From: a virus
Taxonomy: Duplodnaviria > Heunggongvirae > Uroviricota > Caudoviricetes
Strand: one strand, 5' to 3'
DNA length: 64,000 nucleotides
Virus record (IMG/VR): IMGVR_UViG_3300001765_000263
Span: 1-64,000 of that record
Under the pieces are notes generated by a model. That model did no database searches. It was not told the origin of the DNA and saw only the letters and a list, made by a program, of their open reading frames with translations. Position 1 is the stretch's first letter. Every line of letters begins with the position of its first letter. Positions 7,744-17,298 of this stretch are shown here, one piece after another. Both the position numbers and the translations under genes were made by a program.

Positions 7744-7923
7744 CTTACATTACCTTTTTAGATTTCTTTTCATTTTCCTCTTGGACATGTTTTATCAATA
7801 ACGTCAAGTAAATCTCCCTCTCCCATGGCAACATTTCTTCTAATTCAGTCAAACTGTACTTATGAAACTGCATTAGACTGAAGTTGATTCTGAAGTAATC
7901 ATATAGACTTTCATGCGAGAGGA

Positions 7924-8616
7924 TTAATCGAAAAAATCCGATATGCCCTCAATATGAATGTTGTTTACATGCCCACATGCCTTACATTTCACAGTGTCAT
8001 CAAATGTCACTTGTGGTGTCGTTTCTAAGAACTTATCCAATTTGTCAAGTTGTTTTTGTGTCAAGTTTTCAATGAACTCGACAACCTCTTCAAATGGCAA
8101 TTCGTCTGTATCGAACAACTTACCATCATACTCAATGAATTCCACACATTTTGCCATGACCTCAATAGTCTTCTGAAGGTCGTCTAGTTCTGTCAAGTTT
8201 AATGACATTTCCAGTGTTGGATATCGCATAGTGACAACCAGATTATCTGCTAATCTGATCACTTTCTCTGCATCCACTTTCTTGACTTGTACATTATCAA
8301 GATTGCACATCACATTGATTTTTTTCTCACATTTTGAACAGGTGACTTCTAGTTCCAATCCTTCACCAAGACTCTTGTTGCGAATCATGATAAACAAATA
8401 TTCAATATCCACAGATGGTAATTTATCGACCTGTAGTGATTCAAATGTACAAGAGTGAATCAGATCTTTTAGTGTATTGATAACATGATTCTCATTGGTG
8501 TCTTGCAATGCTAACAACAACACCTTTTCCTCTTTAACCACAAACGGACGATACTTGATCTTTTTACCTGACGAGGGTAAGGTTAATTCATACGTCGGTA
8601 TTGACGAAAATCTCAT
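7924..8616 (-). CDS. baseplate hub-associated protein with two CxxC pairs (gp26/gp28/gp51-like by position)
   Basis: ATG with AGGAG RBS. CSKCEKK...CKACGH suggests a Zn-binding site. It lies between the tube-fold gene and the gp29-like gene. Confidence 0.3.
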   Translation of the reverse strand: MRFSSIPTYELTLPSSGKKIKYRPFVVKEEKVLLLALQDTNENHVINTLKDLIHSCTFESLQVDKLPSVDIEYLFIMIRNKSLGEGLELEVTCSKCEKKINVMCNLDNVQVKKVDAEKVIRLADNLVVTMRYPTLEMSLNLTELDDLQKTIEVMAKCVEFIEYDGKLFDTDELPFEEVVEFIENLTQKQLDKLDKFLETTPQVTFDDTVKCKACGHVNNIHIEGISDFFD

Positions 8617-8630
8617 TCATAATCTCCTAA

Positions 8631-9677
8631 TTAATAACCACCATTAGCAATTCCCACAAAGGATCTTGCCTGATTCATTACACTTGAATATCCACCCATT
8701 ACAGGAGATATCGTATCCATAATCTGATTTCTTATTCCGGTTGTTGCTCTATTTATTTGATCAAAAGAACTGCCATAAAAATCTGGTGAAAGGAAGTCTT
8801 TATTAGGCATACCAAATGGATTGTTCTCTGTAGGTGCAGCAATGGGTGATATATCATTTTTACCATTTTGTACAACGGCAGGATTCACTTGAGTAGTTGT
8901 ATAAATGATCTTGGTATATACCATAGTCACTGTCATTGTTTGAAACACATCCTGAGACCTATGACTCAACTGGATTGGATCAATCATCTTTGGATATGCA
9001 TTCTGCAACTTAATAGTATGTACAACCTCTGCATTCGCAGAATCCAATTGGTATATCTCTATATCAGAACAATACTCATTAGAAAAACCAACATCATTTG
9101 TACCAGCATCATCAATAACCATATTCATCCATGAGTCAAAGAAGTCCTTAACCTTCATTGCGGTATCTACTAAAAATGTAAATGACACAGGATCATAGGT
9201 CTTCATGTATGGATATTCAATAGGTGGTCCATAGGTTCTTAATGTCGCAGTTGATATGTTGTTAGATGGGAACGAAGTTGATTCGCAAAACAATGACACA
9301 TCACGAGAAAATTCTTGACGTGTAGGTTGTGTGATATACACCTTGAACCAGTTTGGTTTTGCCAATCCACTTTTACCAATAGCAGATACCAATTCGCCTA
9401 TACCCATGACATCTTTTGAACTAGAGTATCCAGATGATGACACAGCACTGCCACCAAACATCGATTCCAATGGGTTTCCACCACCACTTAGCGAGGATAA
9501 CGGACTATTCTGTTGCATATATTGAATAGCAGACAAGTCTTGTTGTGACGAAAATAATCGTTCTGCTTGTTGAGTAACATTAGTCACTGCATTAAACGCA
9601 TTCGTCGCATAATTCACATTGGCAGCAATGTTGCCCAATTTGTTTTGGAATGCACCTGCTACATCTATATTTAACAT
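8631..9677 (-). CDS. baseplate tail-tube initiator/cap protein with gp19-like tube fold (gp48/gp54 family)
   Basis: KPNWFKVYITQ...LFCESTSFP...TLRTYGPPIEYPYMKTYDPVSFTFLVD...KVKDFFDSW parallels the T4 tail-tube gp19 pattern RPNLFQVEIS...FQCKATALP...DDWTVTVMND...REVFVKW. Confidence 0.6.
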   Translation of the reverse strand: MLNIDVAGAFQNKLGNIAANVNYATNAFNAVTNVTQQAERLFSSQQDLSAIQYMQQNSPLSSLSGGGNPLESMFGGSAVSSSGYSSSKDVMGIGELVSAIGKSGLAKPNWFKVYITQPTRQEFSRDVSLFCESTSFPSNNISTATLRTYGPPIEYPYMKTYDPVSFTFLVDTAMKVKDFFDSWMNMVIDDAGTNDVGFSNEYCSDIEIYQLDSANAEVVHTIKLQNAYPKMIDPIQLSHRSQDVFQTMTVTMVYTKIIYTTTQVNPAVVQNGKNDISPIAAPTENNPFGMPNKDFLSPDFYGSSFDQINRATTGIRNQIMDTISPVMGGYSSVMNQARSFVGIANGGY

Positions 9678-9678
9678 T

Positions 9679-10260
9679 TTAGTATCCTATACTTACTTTA
9701 GAGTCTTGCCAAACCTTGGTGTTCTTAGCACCAATAAACTTGTCTGTTGGTAATTGTGACATCACAATCCAATCATCATCAGGAATCTTCAAAAACTTTG
9801 ATCTACAATGGTCAAACAAATAACGCTTGACACATGGAGCAACTTGTGGAAATCGTGCTGCATTCTTTAGAAATCTCCAACTGAGCAATAGTCTCTGTTC
9901 ATTATTGGTAGTCTTATATGCAAACATGTTCAATTTATGTAATAGTATTAATCTTGCCTGTGGGTGAAGATAGTGTAAATTTAATCCAATAAACCCTTTG
10001 TCATCTTTATTAAATGGTATAACCAATGGAAATTTATCCCAATATGGTAATTCGTCTTTATATTTAGGATCATACATGTACAAATATGTGAATCCTGGCA
10101 GTATTTTTGTAAATGTTGCTCTATTAGTATATGTTCTGGTATTGATTGTTCCCAATTGTTGTATTTTGGAACGAAACCATTGATATGACTTGGCAGGGGA
10201 ATACTTTGGATCAGATTTGATCAGTGCGGTTAATTCACGAATGCTTTGAAGACTTTTCAT
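9679..10260 (-). CDS. hypothetical virion/baseplate-module protein (about 194 aa)
   Basis: An ATG at 10260 overlaps the upstream TGA (ATGA coupling) and has AGGAA upstream. An alternative ATG at 10287 would add 9 aa. No confident family assignment. Confidence 0.4.
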   Translation of the reverse strand: MKSLQSIRELTALIKSDPKYSPAKSYQWFRSKIQQLGTINTRTYTNRATFTKILPGFTYLYMYDPKYKDELPYWDKFPLVIPFNKDDKGFIGLNLHYLHPQARLILLHKLNMFAYKTTNNEQRLLLSWRFLKNAARFPQVAPCVKRYLFDHCRSKFLKIPDDDWIVMSQLPTDKFIGAKNTKVWQDSKVSIGY

Positions 10261-10703
10261 TTTATTCCTAGTTCCGTTTCCGTCCATATTAAAAAGTCGA
10301 AATCATGTGTTGCTGCCCATGCTCGTGCGGCATTCCATTTCGCCTCATTGACCAGATAGGTCACTGACTCTGTTATATATCGTTTGCTTTTTCTCGATTT
10401 CATCTCTGGTGGTCTAGTTTGTGCCTTGGGTTTAATTTCAACAATTGCTTTCTTTATCGTGCCAGTCTTGGTTCTATACATTATGGTCAAATCCACAAAA
10501 TATCTATGGGTCTTATTATCTATGGGACTTACATATGGAATAATATTTTCTTCAGAATTCCATTTCAATATTGCTGGTGTCTTGTCTAAAAGCAAGAATG
10601 CCTTTTTCTCCCATGACGACCTCACTATTATGTTATTTGCGTCACCAATATATTTTTCTGGATTGGTAGGTTTCCAACGGTACGGAGTGGGAAATTTTTT
10701 CAT
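10257..10703 (-). CDS. hypothetical protein (148 aa) with a weak PD-(D/E)xK-like pattern (FVDL...VEIKPK)
   Basis: ATG overlaps the upstream stop (ATGA). The motif is only suggestive. Confidence 0.4.
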   Translation of the reverse strand: MKKFPTPYRWKPTNPEKYIGDANNIIVRSSWEKKAFLLLDKTPAILKWNSEENIIPYVSPIDNKTHRYFVDLTIMYRTKTGTIKKAIVEIKPKAQTRPPEMKSRKSKRYITESVTYLVNEAKWNAARAWAATHDFDFLIWTETELGIK

Positions 10704-10951
10704 ATGTGCAACATATTAGTAAGTATTTGTGGCATTATGAACGAATTAACACTCTCTATTGAGTATAATGAATAATTTAATAAATTATAAGTCATTACCG
10801 ATTCTCCTTCAATTATAGTTAACAATTTTCTTTCCCTTCTAATAGTTTTCATACGACAAGACGCGGAACAAAATCTACGCACCTGCTTGCCTGCCCTTAC
10901 AAAACTGGCATTACATTCTTCACACACAAAATTAAAAGTTTTCCTTGACAT
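10700..10951 (-). CDS. zinc-ribbon protein (CEECN...CSASC)
   Basis: First gene of the minus-strand operon. Two CxxC pairs. Confidence 0.4.
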   Translation of the reverse strand: MSRKTFNFVCEECNASFVRAGKQVRRFCSASCRMKTIRRERKLLTIIEGESVMTYNLLNYSLYSIESVNSFIMPQILTNMLHI

Positions 10952-10996
10952 GATGTACCATAAATATTTGATATCATATATTTATCGGATAGAATA

Positions 10997-12145
10997 ATGG
11001 CAAACATAAAAGACCCAGTAGAATTACGCAGGGCAGGCAGTTCAGAAACAGGTGATTTTAATATCAGTGAATTAATGTATCCTGAAGACCTCTATACAGA
11101 TCAGAAAAAACACATGGTGGTATTCTTCATCAATGTGCCTGGACATTCAAAAATTGGTAGCAAACTATCTAGTGCAAATGAATCTACGTTGAAACCATAT
11201 GTTGGAAAGAGTGGGTCATCTCAAACAAAAGATTTTTTGGGTGTTGGAACAGTCGATATTGGTGGATTAGAAATATCCGTAGCACCTGGATATAAACAGT
11301 TGAAATCTGCCATTGCTATGTACATGCCCCCAAGTTGGCAAGAGCAATATAACGCAAACTATGAAAAGGCAAACAGTCGATATATTCTAAACTTGATGTT
11401 GGAGGCAAATGCCGCAGCAAATGGTCAAGGAACAAGTCGTTTAGCAGAGGCAGGGAAATCCTTGGGCAAGAGTTTATTACAAGGCACAGTGGGCAAAATA
11501 TTCAGTGCTGTAGCAGGTGGTGAGGCACTAGGAAATAAAATTATGGGTAAGATGACCAACCCCAATGCAGAACAAATATTTAATGGTATGGAGTATCGAG
11601 CATTTGAATTCTCTTGGTTAATGGCCCCTAGATCAAGAAAAGAAGCAGACAACATTCTACAGATCATCAACACATTTAAATACCACATGCATCCTGAACT
11701 ATCTCCAGGTGACAATAATCTCATATTCCCTGCAGAGTTCGAAATCGAATTCTATTCTGGTGGAAATGTCAACCAATTTGTGGGTAGTTTATCCACATGT
11801 GCATTATCTAGCATGATTGTCAATTACACACCAGACAATGCATGGTCGGCATTTAAAGGCACAGATGGTTATCCAACGGCAATCACTTTAACCTTGCAAT
11901 TCGTTGAACTAGAACCATTGACAAAAGATCGATTTGATGAATGGGGTGAAGGTGCAAATGCTGCAGGACGTGGTGTCGGTGGTTCTGGTGGGTCTTCTGG
12001 TGGAACATCTAGTAGTCCAATTGGAAATACCACAGATAGATCATATGATCAAGCAGAGTCGAATAGACTAGGCAATTATCCTGCACCTTCTACAGGACTA
12101 ATGGGAAGTGCTGCTGGCTTAATAAACCCAAGAGATAGAAACTAA
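10997..12145 (+). CDS. baseplate protein, possibly the second gp48/gp54-type tube-fold protein
   Basis: HMVVFFINV...YRAFEFSWLMAPRSRKEADNILQIINTF loosely follows the gp19 tube-fold pattern (F.F.W...a...i..F). The Gly/Ser-rich tail is GGSGGSSGGTSSS. It is first in the plus-strand baseplate operon. Confidence 0.35.
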   Translation: MANIKDPVELRRAGSSETGDFNISELMYPEDLYTDQKKHMVVFFINVPGHSKIGSKLSSANESTLKPYVGKSGSSQTKDFLGVGTVDIGGLEISVAPGYKQLKSAIAMYMPPSWQEQYNANYEKANSRYILNLMLEANAAANGQGTSRLAEAGKSLGKSLLQGTVGKIFSAVAGGEALGNKIMGKMTNPNAEQIFNGMEYRAFEFSWLMAPRSRKEADNILQIINTFKYHMHPELSPGDNNLIFPAEFEIEFYSGGNVNQFVGSLSTCALSSMIVNYTPDNAWSAFKGTDGYPTAITLTLQFVELEPLTKDRFDEWGEGANAAGRGVGGSGGSSGGTSSSPIGNTTDRSYDQAESNRLGNYPAPSTGLMGSAAGLINPRDRN

Positions 12146-12738
12146 TGATAAAAAATCTACCAAAAATTTACTACGATTTCGCCATTGAAGACGAATCGAA
12201 AAAACCGATAATCATACCAGATACATTAGTGCGTATCAAGCATCTAATAACAGAATTAGAAAATAATAACCTATTCTTTTACTACACTATTCTGGATGGT
12301 GAAACCCCTGAAATAGTGTCTCACAAGTTTTACGAGACAATGGACTATCATTGGACAATTTTATATGTTAATGATCGATTCGACTATATCACTGACTTTC
12401 CTATGAGTGACAACGATTTGCTCAATTTTGTCAAGAGAAAATATGGTGAGGATCAAGTGGATGCCATTCATCACTATGAAAATGCTCATGGCAATATAAC
12501 AGATGAATATTATTATGATTACAAGAACCGTTATGGAAATCAACCGTCAGTACCAGCACCTAGTTCAACCATGACGTGGAATAGTGATTTATATAAAGTT
12601 GCTGCAAGTCCAATTACTAATTTCGAATATGAAATTATAAAAAATGAAAAGAATAGAATAATAAAAGTAATTAAACCATCATATATAAGTGAATTTGTCA
12701 AGAAATATACTAAATTAATGAAAGACTCGACTAAATGA
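12145..12738 (+). CDS. 53: baseplate wedge protein gp53-like
   Basis: 197 aa, close to T4 gp53's approximately 196 aa. YHWTILYVNDRFDYITDF...GEDQVDAIHHYENAHGN aligns with the T4 gp53 core LYWVLLMCNDNYDPYYGW...GGDQIVYHVNENGE. It sits immediately upstream of the gp27/gp5 pair. Confidence 0.55.
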   Translation: MIKNLPKIYYDFAIEDESKKPIIIPDTLVRIKHLITELENNNLFFYYTILDGETPEIVSHKFYETMDYHWTILYVNDRFDYITDFPMSDNDLLNFVKRKYGEDQVDAIHHYENAHGNITDEYYYDYKNRYGNQPSVPAPSSTMTWNSDLYKVAASPITNFEYEIIKNEKNRIIKVIKPSYISEFVKKYTKLMKDSTK

Positions 12739-14009
12739 ATGAAAATGAATTGGCAATGGGTGGTGATGTAGAGATATCAAAAATAAAACTCTACAATTAC
12801 AAAGGTCTCTACACTGATATTCAATACATGTTCACGGAAATAGAGTTATATGAAAACATATACGAACACTCTCTTTCTGGAACAATCACCATGGTGGATA
12901 CACACAATCTGATAAAAGCATTCCCTATCATTGGTGAAGAAAACCTTGAATTGGTATTTAAAACTCCAGGTTTTAGTGATGAACACGAAATTTCACACAC
13001 ATTCAAAATATGGAAACTCGACAATATATTTACACCAACACCACACAAGCAGATATATACATTACATTTCACCACGCCAGAAGCATATACAGATAAAAAT
13101 ATAAAACTGTTCAAAGCATATAACGGAACACCATCTAGCATTATATCACAGATACTTAACTCTGATATAGGCACAAAGAAGAAAAGTACTATCGGATCAT
13201 GCAACAACAATATCAAATTTGTTGCCCCTAGTATGAGTCCATTTAGATCAATAAGTTATCTGACATCCAGAGCACAGACCGTTGATGGGTTCAAGGCATC
13301 AGACTTTTTGTTTTATGAGAATAATAAAGAATATAGACTAGATTCTGTCAATGATATATTCGATAAAGCAGGTGATCCATCTGTTGAATTTATTTACAAT
13401 AATGATCCTGCACGAGATGGAATCATTAATACCTCAGTCAGAAGTGTTGAATCTGAATTGTCTAAAGTATATGAATATAATATTGATTTTAAATTCGATA
13501 TTATTGATAGATATAATAACGGATTCTATTCCCATTTTGTATGGGAACACAATTTATTGATCAAGAAATTAACAAAACGTGGGTATCATTATAACCAAGA
13601 TTTTAGCAAAACAAAGCATCTAGAAGACTCTCCTATTTCATCTGATAATCATTCAATTGGAAAGAATACCGTTCTTTCCACTGTAACCACTTATCCACAA
13701 ATTCATGATGGCATCATGGAGGATAACTTTGGCAAGATTATCACCAATAAGATTCCTTTATTGGAACAACTCAGGGCAGTGCAAATTGATATCAAAGTTC
13801 ATGGTCGAACTGATCTGGCAGTAGGTAAGGTTATCAAACTGAAATTCACTGGTATGGAAGTACAGATGAAGGATGATACCGATAAGGTTGATGATAAGTA
13901 TGATGGTAAGTATTTAATTGTGGCAATGGCACACAGAATAACTGCCCATAATAAACACGCAATAACCATGCGTCTTGCTCGTGAAAGTGTTAAGGATGGA
14001 TATAAATGA
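12735..14009 (+). CDS. baseplate hub protein, gp27-like by position
   Basis: 424 aa, directly upstream of and start/stop-coupled to the gp5-like spike. The size and position fit the gp27 hub. Only a weak C-terminal pattern similarity. Confidence 0.4.
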   Translation: MNENELAMGGDVEISKIKLYNYKGLYTDIQYMFTEIELYENIYEHSLSGTITMVDTHNLIKAFPIIGEENLELVFKTPGFSDEHEISHTFKIWKLDNIFTPTPHKQIYTLHFTTPEAYTDKNIKLFKAYNGTPSSIISQILNSDIGTKKKSTIGSCNNNIKFVAPSMSPFRSISYLTSRAQTVDGFKASDFLFYENNKEYRLDSVNDIFDKAGDPSVEFIYNNDPARDGIINTSVRSVESELSKVYEYNIDFKFDIIDRYNNGFYSHFVWEHNLLIKKLTKRGYHYNQDFSKTKHLEDSPISSDNHSIGKNTVLSTVTTYPQIHDGIMEDNFGKIITNKIPLLEQLRAVQIDIKVHGRTDLAVGKVIKLKFTGMEVQMKDDTDKVDDKYDGKYLIVAMAHRITAHNKHAITMRLARESVKDGYK

Positions 14010-16609
14010 CAAATAAGATTGGGAACAAAATTGTATGGTTTGGTGTCGTGGAAGATCGTATGGACCCACTATTTTTGGGCCGTTGTCGAGTACGTATTGT
14101 AGGTATTCACACTGATAACTTAATTGAATTGCCTACATCAGATTTACCTTGGGCATGGCCATTACAAACAATTGGAAGTGCTGCTATATCTGGTGTCGGT
14201 AATGCTCCTGTTGGACCAGTTGAAGGAACATGGATTGCTTGTACATTCTTGGACGATTGGCAACAGCAACCATTTATGTTAGGTGCTATAGGTGGCATTC
14301 CAGTACCACTAGATGACAAGGCAGAAGACATTGAGGGATTTTTAATTAATGATGTGCAAGGGAATGCCACATCAAAATCTAATCCTCCACCAGCACCTTC
14401 TAATGCAGTTAAAGACAGTTCTGGCGAACCAATCAAAACTGGATCTGGTGGATATGTAACCACTGATCCTGCTATATCCACACCTAACACAATTGGTAAT
14501 TTAACACCAGAACAATATTCAAATCTGAAGGACAAAATTGGTAAAGTAGAATCTGGTGGAAAATACGACATTGTAGAAGCAAAGAATGGTAACTATCTAG
14601 GCAAGTATCAGATGGGTGCAGAGGCATTGGAGAGTGCTGGATATATAAAACCTGGTGCATCAAAACGCTATGGCACAAAGGCAGTGCAAGACCCTAGCAA
14701 TTGGACTGGTAAAGATGGTGTCACATCGAAGGATTCATATTTAAAAAATCCAACGGCACAAGAAAGTGCCATGGATTCGAATCTTAAAACAAACTTTAAG
14801 GCAACAGGACTAAGCAATTCTATACCTGCAGATAAACAAGCAGGTGTTCTCATGGCATCACATTTGGTGGGTGCAGGTGGTGCGAAGAAATTATTAAATG
14901 GTGATAACCCTAAAGATGCCAATGGCACAACAGCAGCAAGCTATTTCCAGAAGGGTGCATCTGTTGTCACAGGCAAATCATCTAATGAAGTGCCAAAGGC
15001 AGCAAATTTAGCCAAACCTGCAATTGACACTAACGTGGAAAACACTTCACTTAGTGATAAGGGTAAATTTGATCCAGACAATATGCCAGAGGTCATAAAG
15101 AAATTAAAGACTAAGGCATCTGAGAAAATTGGTTTCACTGATCCAAACGAAAAATATCCTAAAGAGGAATGGTTGAAAGAACCAGACACACATCGTTTGG
15201 CACGTCATCAATCTATTGATAAGACCATTGTTCCTACCAAGGAAGAAGAACGTGATAAAGAAATACCAATTGCCAATGCTGAAGATACATGGGATCAATC
15301 GTTAATTCCATACAATGCAAAATACCCATTCAATCATATCTTCGAATCGGAATCAGGTCATACCATTGAGATTGATGATACTGAAGGAATGGAAAGAATA
15401 CACATCTATCACAAGACAGGAACATTCATTGAGATTGACTCAGAGGGAACATTGACCAGACGAGTTAAAGGCAATGAAGTCACTATCTCAGAAAACGACA
15501 ACAAGACGCATATTATGGGTACTGGTATTCTCACAGTCGATGGAGATTTTGCTGTAGAGATTCACAAGTCATTACAAATATTTGTTTCAGGTGATGCACA
15601 AATAAAGGTTGAAGGCAATGTCATTCAAGAGATTGACGGCAACTATGATAGTCACGTAAAAGGCAATATGACAGTACAGTGTGACGGTGACTATAATCTG
15701 AAAGTTAGTGGTAATTCAATTGAGGAAACTGAAGGTGACTTTGATCAGAAAGTTGGAGGTGACACATCAGAAGAAGCAGGTGGAAACTACACTATTCAGG
15801 CAGGACCATTGTATGCAGTTGATGCAGGACAAGTACATAATAACTCTGGCAAGGCAACTGGTGCGTCTGGTGCTGAAGATGCAGCACCTATTGAAGTGTT
15901 CGAACCAGACCTTAAAGTTCTCGATCCTACAACAAGACAATCTGCAAGTGATTTTGAAATGGAAGATGCTGCTGAAGAGGATAAAGTCAAATATATTGAG
16001 GAAAAGAAATTGAGTGGCAATTCGCCTAAAGAAGCACCTATGCCAGAAAATGAGAAGAAAAAAGACACAGCACCAGCACCAAATATTGATCAGTACAAGA
16101 GCAATCCAAACAGTGAAACATTGAAACCACCATTCACCAAAGATACTCAACTGTCAACCAATTTTAAATTAGGTGATCTATGTCCAAAAGGATTACCACC
16201 AGAAGGTGGGCAAGCGGGACTAACACAAGCACAAATTGTTCAGAATTTGAAAGATACAAGTATCAACGTGTTAGAACCAATGAAGGAAAAATATCCAGAC
16301 CTTAAGGTTAATAGTGGTTTCCGTGAAGGTGCTGGCACATCACAACATCATAAAGGGCAAGCAGTTGATCTATCCTATGGTGCAGCAAATGCATCTACTA
16401 ATAAGAAATCAATGATGCAAGATTTTGCTTCTGATATTAAGAATAGCACTGCACATGATCAGATCATTCTTGAGACTGCAGGTGGTAATTCAGCATGGGT
16501 TCATGTATCGAATAACCCACAAGGAAATAGACCCAATTCTGATCCTACTAAACACATGACTATGGATACATCTACTGGCAAGAAAACTAGTGGATTAGGA
16601 TTTGCATGA
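14006..16609 (+). CDS. 5: baseplate central spike, gp5-like: N-terminal OB-fold, beta-helix, then a C-terminal peptidase M15 (VanY / L-Ala-D-Glu peptidase-like) domain
   Basis: N-terminus KIVWFGVVEDRMDPLFLGRCRVRIVGIHTDNLIELPTSDLPWAWP is the gp5 OB domain. Repetitive V-x-G-x beta-helix (GNVIQEIDGNYDSHVKGNMTVQCDGDYNLKVSGNS...). C-terminus SGFREG...SQHHKGQAVDL...WVHVS matches the M15 Zn ligands (SxHxxGxAxD plus a distal His). YLGKYQMGAEALESAGY in the middle resembles a T4-lysozyme FQMGETG-like segment, but that resemblance is weak. Confidence 0.8.
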   Translation: MTNKIGNKIVWFGVVEDRMDPLFLGRCRVRIVGIHTDNLIELPTSDLPWAWPLQTIGSAAISGVGNAPVGPVEGTWIACTFLDDWQQQPFMLGAIGGIPVPLDDKAEDIEGFLINDVQGNATSKSNPPPAPSNAVKDSSGEPIKTGSGGYVTTDPAISTPNTIGNLTPEQYSNLKDKIGKVESGGKYDIVEAKNGNYLGKYQMGAEALESAGYIKPGASKRYGTKAVQDPSNWTGKDGVTSKDSYLKNPTAQESAMDSNLKTNFKATGLSNSIPADKQAGVLMASHLVGAGGAKKLLNGDNPKDANGTTAASYFQKGASVVTGKSSNEVPKAANLAKPAIDTNVENTSLSDKGKFDPDNMPEVIKKLKTKASEKIGFTDPNEKYPKEEWLKEPDTHRLARHQSIDKTIVPTKEEERDKEIPIANAEDTWDQSLIPYNAKYPFNHIFESESGHTIEIDDTEGMERIHIYHKTGTFIEIDSEGTLTRRVKGNEVTISENDNKTHIMGTGILTVDGDFAVEIHKSLQIFVSGDAQIKVEGNVIQEIDGNYDSHVKGNMTVQCDGDYNLKVSGNSIEETEGDFDQKVGGDTSEEAGGNYTIQAGPLYAVDAGQVHNNSGKATGASGAEDAAPIEVFEPDLKVLDPTTRQSASDFEMEDAAEEDKVKYIEEKKLSGNSPKEAPMPENEKKKDTAPAPNIDQYKSNPNSETLKPPFTKDTQLSTNFKLGDLCPKGLPPEGGQAGLTQAQIVQNLKDTSINVLEPMKEKYPDLKVNSGFREGAGTSQHHKGQAVDLSYGAANASTNKKSMMQDFASDIKNSTAHDQIILETAGGNSAWVHVSNNPQGNRPNSDPTKHMTMDTSTGKKTSGLGFA

Positions 16610-17298
16610 CATATACAGTAACACCAATTGCGGTTCAAATAGTAGAAGGAACTCCCACATTTAACGAAACATTAACAGTTACGTGTGATGGGGAAAATAC
16701 TGGCACTGCAACGGTAATTGAAGTTACAACAGATGCAACCAGCATAGACTTGAAATACACAAAGAAAGATAACACTGCAACGGTTACTGGATCGGTAATT
16801 AAGAAATCTCTCGCAGAATTTTCAAGAACCTATTCATACGTCACAGACGATAATCAACGTGGTGTAGTTACATCGATATCACAAGTTCCATCGAATGCAT
16901 CCATTTACAGATATACCGCACCAAACCCAATGGGGAATGTAGTTCCAGCAAATATAAAAATTGAATGCACGTCTGGAACTGGTGGTACAAGTACATCAGC
17001 ATGGGCATGTGGAGTAGACACATATGGGGCATTGGGATTTAATGGGGAATCTAAAACAACACTAACCTCCCTTGGGGCATATTCAAAAATAAATCAAGGG
17101 TACGGGCTAACTGCACTAATAAAACCAAATGGCACATTATGGACATGTGGATATAATTATTTCGGTGGATTAGGACTAGGTGACAATATTAATAGATCAT
17201 CACCAACACAAGTTGGAAACTACATGGAAAGAGGTAAGTTGTGCATACAACAGATTATTTGCAATCAAGACAGATGGATCATTGTGGGGTTGTGGTGA
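16606..17298 (+). CDS. RCC1-like repeat protein, 5' segment of a frame-disrupted gene
   Basis: Has an ATG start. RCC1-type blades (WACGVDTYGALGFNGESKT..., GTLWTCGYNYFGGLGLGDNINRSSPTQVG). The frame breaks at 17215-17225, inside a 113-bp repeat. Confidence 0.5.
   Translation: MTYTVTPIAVQIVEGTPTFNETLTVTCDGENTGTATVIEVTTDATSIDLKYTKKDNTATVTGSVIKKSLAEFSRTYSYVTDDNQRGVVTSISQVPSNASIYRYTAPNPMGNVVPANIKIECTSGTGGTSTSAWACGVDTYGALGFNGESKTTLTSLGAYSKINQGYGLTALIKPNGTLWTCGYNYFGGLGLGDNINRSSPTQVGNYMERGKLCIQQIICNQDRWIIVGLW

Noticed and set aside
7744-7923. A hidden gene or tRNA in the 180-bp gap between the two minus-strand hub genes
   Set aside because: Only ORFs of 13-18 aa are present, without RBS, and no cloverleaf-compatible sequence was seen. 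It is more likely a leader/promoter region for the 729-aa gene.
17180-17240. The GTG at 17180 as the genuine start of an independent 584-aa gene
   Set aside because: It lies inside the blade-encoding repeat of the upstream ORF and has no RBS. The next in-frame ATG is about 160 codons downstream. The blade periodicity runs straight through the junction in a shifted frame, which favours a frame-disrupted single gene.
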